From Macrostomum lignano (lineage: Eukaryota), in NCBI GenBank assembly GCA_002269645.1, contig NIVC01000505.1:62001-126000 (forward strand): a stretch of DNA of 64,000 nucleotides, given 5' to 3'. Position 1 is the first letter of the stretch. The number at the start of each line of letters is the position of its first letter. Below, in pieces: positions 37,701 through 64,000 of this stretch. The notes below the pieces were generated by a model that did no database searches, had not been told where the DNA came from, and saw only the letters and a program-made list of their open reading frames with translations. Both the position numbers and the translations under genes were made by a program.

Positions 37701-40700
37701 AATCATCGATGAGAATCTATTAAGAATCATCGATTAGAATCTATTGAGTATCATCGATTAGAATCTATTGAGAATCATCGATGAGAATCTATTAAGAATC
37801 ATCGATTAGAATCTATTAAGAATCATCGATTAGAATCTATTGAGAATCATCGATGAGAATCTATTGAGAATCATCGATTAGAATCTATTGAGAATCATCG
37901 ATGAGAATCTATTAAGAATCATCGATGAGAATCTATTAAGAATCATCGATTAGAATCTATTGAGAATCATCGATGAGAATCTATTAAGAATCATCGATGA
38001 GAATCTATTGAGTATCAATGATGAAAATCTATTAAGAATCATCGATGAGAATCTATTAAGAATCATCGATGAGAATCTATTGAGAATCATCGATGAGAAT
38101 CTATTAAGAATCATGGATGAGAATCTATTGAGTATCAATGATGAGAATCTATTAAGAATCATCGATGAGAATCTATTGAGAATCATCGATGAGAATCTAT
38201 TAAGAATCATCGATGAGAATCTATTGAGTATCAATGATGAGAATCTATTAAGAATCATCGATGAGAATCTATTGAGAATCATCGATGAGAATCTATTAAG
38301 AATCATCGATTAGAATCTATTGAGAATCATCGATGAGAATCTATTAAGAATCATCGATGAGAATCTATTGAGAATCATGATGAGAATCTATTAAGAATCA
38401 TCGATGAGAATCTATTAAGAATCATCGATGAGAATCTATTAAGAATCATCGATGAGAATCTATTGAGAATCATCGATGAGAATCTATTAAGAATCATCGA
38501 TGAGAATCTATTGAGTATCAATGATGAGAATCTATTGAGAATCATCGATGAGAATCTATTGAGAATCATGGATGAGAATCTATTAAGAATCATCGATGAG
38601 AATCTATTGAGTATCAATGATGAGAATCTATTAAGAATCATCGATGAGAATCTATTAAGAATCATCGATGAGAATCTATTGAGAATCATCGATGAGAATC
38701 TATTGAGAATCATCGATGAGAATCTATTAAGAATCATCGATGAGAATCTATTAAGAATCATCGATAAGAATCTATTGAGAATCATCGATGAGAATCTATT
38801 AAGAATCATCGATGAGAATCTATTGAGTATCAATGATGAGAATCTATTGAGAATCATCGATGAGAATCTATTGAGAATCATCGATGAGAATCTATTAAGA
38901 ATCATCGATGAGAATCTATTAAGAATCATCGATAAGAATCTATTGAGAATCATCGATGAGAATCTATTGAGAATCATGGATGAGAATCTATTGAGAATCA
39001 TCGATGAGAATCTATTGAGAATCATCGATGAGAATCTATTGAGAATCATCGATTAGAATCTATTGAGAATCATCGATTAGAATCTATTGAGAATCATCGA
39101 TGAGAATCTATTGAGAATCATCGATGAGAATCTATTGAGAATCATCGATAAGAATCTATTGAGAATCATCGATGAGAATCTATTGAGAATCATGGATGAG
39201 AATCTATTGAGAATCATCGATTAGAATCTATTGAGAATCATCGATGAGAATCTATTGAGAATCATCGATGAGAATCTATTGAGTATCATGGATGAGAATC
39301 TATTGAGTATCATCGATAAGAATCTATTAAGAATCATGATGAGAATCTATTGAGTATCAATGATGAGAATCTATTGAGAATCATCGATTAGAATCTATTG
39401 AGAATCATCGATGAGAATCTATTGAGAATCATCGATGAGAATCTATTGAGTATCATGGATGAGAATCTATTGAGTATCATCGATAAGAATCTATTAAGAA
39501 TCATGGATGAGAATCTATTGAGTATCATGATGAGAATCTATTGAGAATCATCGATTAGAATCTATTGAGAATCATCGATAGAATCTATTAAGAATCATCG
39601 ATGAGAATCTATTGAGAATCATGGATGAGAATCTATTAAGAATCATCGATTAGAATCTATTGAGAATCATGGATGAGAATCTATTGAGTATCATGGATGA
39701 GAATCTATTGAGAATCATCGATGAGAATCTATTGAGTATCAATGATGAGAATCTATTGAGAATCATCGATGAGAATCTATTGAGAATCATGGATGAGAAT
39801 CTATTAAGAATCATCGATTAGAATCTATTGAGAATCATGGATGAGAATCTATTGAGAATCATCGATGAGAATCTATTGAGAATCATGGATGAGAATCTAT
39901 TAAGAATCATCGATTAGAATCTATTGAGTATCATGGATGAGAATCTATTAAGAATCATCGATGAGAATCTATTGAGGATCAATGATGAGAATCTATTGAG
40001 AATCATCGATGAGAATCTATTGAGAATCATGGATGAGAATCTATTAAGAATCATCGATGAGAATCTATTGAGTATCATGGATGAGAATCTATTAAGAATC
40101 ATCGATTAGAATCTATTGAGTATCAATGATGAGAATCTATTAAGAATCATCGATGAGAATCTATTGAGAATCATCGATGAGAATCTATTAAGAATCATCG
40201 ATTAGAATCTATTGAGAATCATCGATGAGAATCTATTAAGAATCATCGATTAGAATCTATTGAGTATCATCGATTAGAATCTATTAGAATCATCGATGAG
40301 AATCTATTAAGAATCATCGATTAGAATCTATTAAGAATCATCGATTAGAATCTATTGAGAATCATCGATGAGAATCTATTGAGAATCATCGATTAGAATC
40401 TATTGAGAATCATCGATGAGAATCTATTAAGAATCATCGATGAGAATCTATTAAGAATCATCGATGAGAATCTATTGAGAATCATCGATGAGAATCTATT
40501 AAGAATCATCGATGAGAATCTATTGAGTATCAATGATGAGAATCTATTAAGAATCATCGATGAGAATCTATTGAGTATCAATGATGAGAATCTATTGAGA
40601 ATCATCGATGAGAATCTATTAAGAATCATGGATGAGAATCTATTGAGAATCATCGATGAGAATCTATTAAGAATCATCGATGAGAATCTATTGAGTATCA

Positions 40701-43700
40701 ATGATGAGAATCTATTAAGAATCATCGATGAGAATCTATTGAGAATCATCGATGAGAATCTATTAAGAATCATCGATGAGAATCTATTGAGAATCATCGA
40801 TGAGAATCTATTAAGAATCATCGATGAGAATCTATTGAGAATCATCGATGAGAATCTATTAGAATCATCGATGAGAATCTATTAAGAATCATCGATGAGA
40901 ATCTATTAAGAATCATGGATGAGAATCTATTAAGAATCATCGATGAGAATCTATTAAGAATCATCGATGAGAATCTATTGAGAATCATGATGAGAATCTA
41001 TTGAGAATCATCGATGAGAATCTATTGAGAATCATCGATGAGAATCTATTGAGAATCATCGATGAGAATCTATTAAGAATCATCGATGAGAATCTATTAA
41101 GAATCATCGATGAGAATCTATTAAGAATCATCGATGAGAATCTATTAAGAATCATCGATGAGAATCTATTGAGAATCATGATGAGAATCTATTGAGAATC
41201 ATCGATGAGAATCTATTGAGAATCATCGATGAGAATCTATTAAGAATCATCGATGAGAATCTATTGAGAATCATCGATGAGAATCTATTAAGAATCATCG
41301 ATGAGAATCTATTAAGAATCATCGATGAGAATCTATTGAGAATCATCGATGAGAATCTATTGAGAATCATCGATGAGAATCTATTAAGAATCATCGATGA
41401 GAATCTATTGAGAATCATCGATGAGAATCTATTGAGAATCATCGATGAGAATCTATTAAGAATCATCGATGAGAATCTATTAGAATCATCGATGAGAATC
41501 TATTGAGAATCATCGATGAGAATCTATTGAGAATCATCGATGAGAATCTATTGAGAATCATCGATGAGAATCTATTGAGAATCATCGATGAGAATCTATT
41601 GAGAATCATCGATGAGAATCTATTGAGAATCATCGATGAGAATCTATTGAGAATCATCGATGAGAATCTATTGAGAATCATCGATGAGAATCTATTGAGA
41701 ATCATCGATGAGAATCTATTGAGAATCATCGATGAGAATCTATTGAGAATCATCGATGAGAATCTATTGAGAATCATGATGAGAATCTATTGAGAATCAT
41801 CGATTAGAATCTATTGAGAATCATCGATGAGAATCTATTGAGAATCATCGATGAGAATCTATTGAGAATCATCATGGAATGAGAATCTATTGAGTATCAT
41901 CGATAAGAATCTATTAAGAATCATGGATGAGAATCTATTGAGTATCAATGATGAGAATCTATTGAGAATCATCGATTAGAATCTATTGAGAATCATCGAT
42001 GAGAATCTATTGAGAATCATCGATGAGAATCTATTGAGAATCATCGATTAGAATCTATTGAGAATCATCGATGAGAATCTATTCAGAATCATAGATTAGA
42101 ACCTATTGAGAATGAGAATCCTGGATGAGAATCTATTGAGAATTATGGATCATGGACTACTATAATACATAGAAAAACGGGCTCACCACTGTGTGCATGA
42201 GAGGCGCCGCCGCCTCCTCCAGCCGCAGCCAGCAGATAATTATCGCCAGTCCGATAGACGAAGCTGCCTCCGCCGCCTCCTGCTCCAGCCTTGCCCGAGC
42301 TGGAACTGTTTACACTGCTGCCCGCCTGTCCAACAACCACGGCTAGCCGAGTGCCCGCTGTCAGGTTGAAATTGCCGCTGACGGTGGCGCCCCGACCTCC
42401 GGCATGATTTCTGATTGGATTGTCGCCGCCTTTGGCGCCAGCCGCCGCGATGCGGTAGCAGCCGGTGACGCCGATTAGCGAGTATTGAATAAATCCGGCT
42501 GGATATTCGGGTTCGAGATTTGGGATCTTGAATGGGTCTGATGGAGACCGTCAGGAGTGTTTTGTAGAGGCTGTCAGGAGTGTTTAGTTGGAGTGTCAGG
42601 AGTGTTTTTTGGGGTGTCAGGAGTGTTTATTTGGGGTGTCAGGAGTGTTTAGTTGGGGTGTCGGGAGTGTTTATTTGGGGTGTCAGGAGTGTTTAGTTGG
42701 GGTGTCAGGAGTGTTTATATTGGGTGTCAGGAGTGTTTCGTTGGGGTGTCAGGAGTGTTTATTTGGGGTGTCAGGAGTGTTTATATTGGGTGTCAGGAGT
42801 GTTTAGTTGGGGTGTCAGGAGTGTTTATTTGGGGTGTCAGGAGTGTTTATTTGGGGTGTCAGGAGTGTTTATATTGGGTGTCAGGAGTGTTTATATTGGG
42901 TGTCAGGAGTGTTTATTTGGGGTGTCAGGAGTGTTTATTTGGGGTGTCAGGAGTGTTTAGTTGGGGTGTCAGGAGTGTTTAGTTGGGGTGTCAGGAGTGT
43001 TTATTTGGGGTGTCAGGAGTGTTTATTTGGGGTGTCAGGAGTGTTTATTTGGGGTGTCAGGAGTGTTTAGTTGGGGTGTCGAGAGTGTTTATTTGGGGTG
43101 TCAGGAGTGTTTATTTGGGGTGTCAGGAGTGTTTATATTGGGTGTCAGGAGTGTTTAATTGGGGTGTCAGGAGTGTTTAATTGGGGTGTCAGGAGTGTTT
43201 ATTTGGGGTGTCAGGAGTGTTTAGTTGGGGTGTCAGGATTGTCAAGATGGGGTGTCAGGAGTGCCAAGTTATGGTGTCGATCAGGAGAGCCAACAGCTGA
43301 CTCAACAATCCAAATTAAAAGCAGCAACTACTTACGGTCAGAGAGCTGAAAAGTAATCACTATTGCTTCGCCCTTGACCCAAACAGTGACCTCATCAGCT
43401 TGGCTGGTCGATATTGGTTGCAGAGCAGTGAGTCTGCTTTCGGCTAGGGCAGAACTTCCCGGAGCAGTCACTGCCATAGCCAGCTGACAAGAAGTCAAAG
43501 CACTCTGCCCAGAGGATGCAGCTAAGAAGCAAGTGCTTGCAGTTTTGCAGCGAATCAGACAGTCAATATCAGACAGGGCGGTAAATTTTTCAACTGCACC
43601 TGCGGCTGCCATCGCCTGGTTAGTGAGATTTAAACCGGTCAGTGACTTGATGTCAGTGAATTCTGTAGAACTCACAATAGACGGTGTCGCGAGTCTGATG

Positions 43701-44358
43701 ACTGGAAAAATTGAGAATTATACAAGATATTTCTTCTCATACCTTACCTTATTCTTTTGTTCTTAGCTTGACTTGTGCGATGTAGCAGCAGGTCATGTGA
43801 CAGACTGTGTGCTGCTGAAACAGGTCATGTGACAGACTGTGTGCTGCTGAAACAGGTCATGTGACAGACTGTGTGCTGCTGAAACAGGTCATGTGACAGA
43901 CTGTGTGCTGCTGAAACAGGTCATGTGACAGACTGTGTGCTGCTGAAACAGGTCATGTGACAGAATGTGTGCTGTAGCAGCAGGTCATGTGACAGACTGT
44001 GTGCTGCTGAAACAGGTCATGTGACAGACTGTGTGCTGTAGCAGCTGGTCATGTGACAGACTGTGTGGCTGTAGCAGCAGGTCATGTGACAGACTGTGTG
44101 CTGTAGCAGCTGGTCATGTGACAGACTGTGTGGCTGTAGCAGCTGGTCATGTGACGGACTGTGTGCTGTTGAAACAGGTCATGTGACAGACTGTGTGCTG
44201 TAGCAGCTGGTCATGTGAAAGACAGTGTAATTGTGCAGCAGGTCATGTGACAGACTGTGTGCTGGTGCAGCTGGTCATGTGACGGATTGTGTGCTGTAGC
44301 AGCAGGTCATGTGTGATAGGAAACGCTTACCGTTTGCAGCAATAATTAAGAAGAGCAT
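31701..44358 (-). CDS. Putative secreted PAN/apple-like + ALK/LTK glycine-rich-domain protein, complement(join(31701..32218,42187..42537,43336..43701,44331..44358)), 420 aa
   Basis: All three introns are GT-AG and phase 1, and the exons sum to 1263 nt. N-terminus MLFLIIAANVIRLATPSIVSS is hydrophobic. DCLIRCKTASTC...SCQL is a PAN-like Cys spacing. QYSLIGVTGCYRIAAAGAKGG...GGRGATVSGNFNLTAGTRLAVVVGQ...GGGGGSFV...LLAAAGGGG...GGFGGGGGG...GGGGGGSY matches the pattern of the ALK/LTK TNF-like/glycine-rich ectodomain. No TM or kinase before the stop. Confidence 0.85.
32250..42143. repeat. ~9.9-kb 24-bp satellite (GATGAGAATCTATTGAGAATCATC) filling intron 3
   Basis: About 410 copies; source of all MILNRFSS/IDENLLRI ORFs. 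Confidence 0.97.
42550..43262. repeat. 22-bp intronic minisatellite (GTTTATTTGGGGTGTCAGGAGT)
   Basis: About 32 copies within intron 2 of the - strand gene. Confidence 0.94.
43785..44312. repeat. 32-bp intronic minisatellite (CAGGTCATGTGACAGACTGTGTGCTGCTGAAA)
   Basis: About 16-17 copies within intron 1. Confidence 0.93.
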
Positions 44359-44764
44359 GACTTCGGCAACTTTTTTCTCCAATTTTATTTCACTAACCTT
44401 GCCAATAGTTACCGAAATGGTTGCGTGAATCAGTCATGTATCCTGACAAATTTATAGCAAACATAATTTTTCGGCGAGAACCAATCCATTTTAAACAGCA
44501 GTTGAAGTGTCAGTCAAAGAATTCTTGGAAAATGAAGCACTTGGATTCCTGTCAAAAAAATTCAACATTGTTTGAAGAGGACTTAAAAAACCCGTTCATA
44601 TGAGCGTAAACAAATAAATTCACACGTCTGAAAGCTCTTCTCGGCGATTTTAATTGCCTAAGCACCACTCAGTCTCAAAGAAAAGATGATTGAGAAATTT
44701 TCATCTTAATAAAATCGTTTTTCTATTCTTTGTTGACTTTTTCAAGTGCTAAGCTTGTGCTAGT

Positions 44765-44925
<161 letters not shown>

Positions 44926-45441
44926 GTGCTCAAAGGCGTGTGTGCTCAAATCCAGCTCAGAGTTTTTGATTGACAAAACGTACCATATCAAAAATACACT
45001 GGCAATTAGCAAAGCTAAGCTTTATTACTCCGGAGAGATAAGTGCGAGTACTTGGTAACTCGGATTATAGAAAGTCAAACTGAAGTAAGGCACATGGGAC
45101 CCCCGAGAGAGATAAACAGTTGAAGCCAGATGAATAAAGATTTGTTTAGCTTACTCTGGCCTTGCTAGTAATGAGCACGAGCTATAGGCTGCAGCACTGG
45201 ACGGGTGGGCATGAACTCTAGACATTAAGGTTCGAGAGAGACTCAGAGCTTCGAAAGCGCGTGAGAAACGCAGTTAAATAGTCGGATTTCAGTCCAACAG
45301 AGCCTGTTAGTGGCTGACCTTTCCCAGCTATTTAACTTTTGTACCCCCCTGTGGCTGTATAGATGTTGGAGGGGACAACATATACCTTAGCAACCCTATT
45401 TAGCAGCTCACTGCTAAAGCCACAGACTACAGCTGAGAGTC

Positions 45442-60502
<15,061 letters not shown>

Positions 60503-61415
60503 CTACTGCACGTAAATGTTTAAGGGTGGCATGACTTACGTTACTATCTATGAATTCGGCTTGGTGGTTGCAGGATTTTTTTGTTTTTTTGATTTGAGTC
60601 TAAATTTATTTTTGCAGGACTTTGAAAACTGTGATTTTTGTTAATACTTTTTGCTGTTCTGAACTCGAAACTTAATTTTAAATTCTTTATACAGCTGCAC
60701 GTAATATTAACAAATTAAAAATGCATGATGCAGACAATTATTAAAAAAATTCTTTTATTATCGATACGGTTTCAGAACTTCCAGGGAAATTTTATCATGT
60801 ATATTTTTGCTGTTCGCACGTACGTGTCACATGCACGTGATTGAAGTATAACAAATTTTCGAAGTTTAATATTTACAAGTTATTCTGTGTAGAGAAACAA
60901 AACCAGAGGAAAGTATGCTATAAAAAGCGCAAATTTGAAAAGCTTTTTACAATGCAAACAGAACATCAGCATGCTGATCAATAAGGACATTTTCTTCTGT
61001 CAATATTCGTGAAGAATCATGATTGTTACAATCGAATTGTTTTAATTAGCTGCTTTTAACAAAATTAAAAACTCAAGATGCCTGTACTAATTTTTTCAAA
61101 GTTAAATTTTAAGATTGCTTTTAACGCGATGAAAAAAATCAATAAAAAAACTACAAAAACAAATTTATATGCGATTTTATAGAAAAAGAGATTGATAAAG
61201 AAATATAACTAAAATTATTGAATTTAGAATAAATAATTATTTCGAAGGTAATTTAATATTGTTAAGTGTTTAGTTAATTAATTTTGCTGGTTTGCCTTCA
61301 CTTTATAGAGTCAACCTAGAATAAGAAGTTTAGGATATTAAAAAAAATTCATTGTACTCCATGATGTTGGCAACTTTCATGAAAATATTAAATTCAAAAA
61401 ATTGTCTACCAGTTG

Positions 61416-63572
<2,157 letters not shown>

Positions 63573-64000
63573 CTGAAAAAAAATTGTTTTGTTGTTATTA
63601 ACTGAAATTAAAAGCAATCGTTACGGATGGGAACGGCGCTGACAGAAGCGTCTTACCCTGACACTAAACGGTTGGAGCTATAGAAAAGTAGACATGCACT
63701 GTCTGCAACCTACATGTAATTCGATCATGCAAACCTATGCTTATAACTATATCTGTAAACTAATCCAAGTCTAGCTAATTTTTACACAATGCTAACTAGA
63801 ATATGTAACAAAAAAATAGACACTAAAATCACCAGCTTTTAAATCTCATGTAGACACGTGTGTCACAGTGCTCCCTTGGTGCAAGTGCACTTTGATAGTT
63901 GTTGACTTTGGTAGTTGATTATTGTTACCCCCCCCCCCGGCTCAAGCCAGTCTGGAGCTATGAGCCCTTTGGCTGAGCCTCTGCTCTCTTTCTCTCTCTC

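Noticed and set aside
32350-41793. Dozens of ORFs (MILNRFSS / IDENLLRI repeats)
   Set aside because: Translations of a 24-bp satellite inside an intron, open on both strands by periodicity.
63600-64000. Next upstream Caskin-like exon
   Set aside because: No segment encoding the expected SAM-domain residues with a phase-1 donor was found; it probably lies beyond the window.

Overview
Eukaryotic (metazoan) genomic DNA with GT-AG spliced genes and a very high density of micro- and minisatellites. The style resembles the flatworm Macrostomum lignano (inference only, not verified). Five gene models could be built by hand: (1) a Roundabout receptor (5 Ig + 3 FN3 + TM + CC1), + strand, with one coding intron; (2) a low-complexity two-exon ORF of unknown identity at 25.5-26.8 kb; (3) a four-exon, 420-aa, apparently secreted protein on the - strand (signal peptide + PAN/apple-like Cys module + ALK/LTK-type TNF-like/glycine-rich domain, no TM or kinase), whose third intron is a ~10-kb 24-bp satellite; (4) a 22-exon, 1084-aa TRPA1-like ankyrin-repeat channel transcribed divergently from (3); (5) the 3' three exons of a Caskin-like gene on the - strand. 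Mobile elements: an intact, very young Ty3/gypsy (Mag-like) LTR retrotransposon with a 5-bp TSD, two small foldback/MITE elements and a tRNA-derived SINE-like insert. Most ORFs in the supplied track are artefacts of tandem repeats. Best leads: the kinase-less PAN + ALK-glycine-rich protein, a triplicated in-frame cassette-exon candidate and a Cys-rich in-frame repeat inside TRPA introns, an intron-poor Robo with divergent Slit-contact residues, and the pattern that every long intron carries its own minisatellite.
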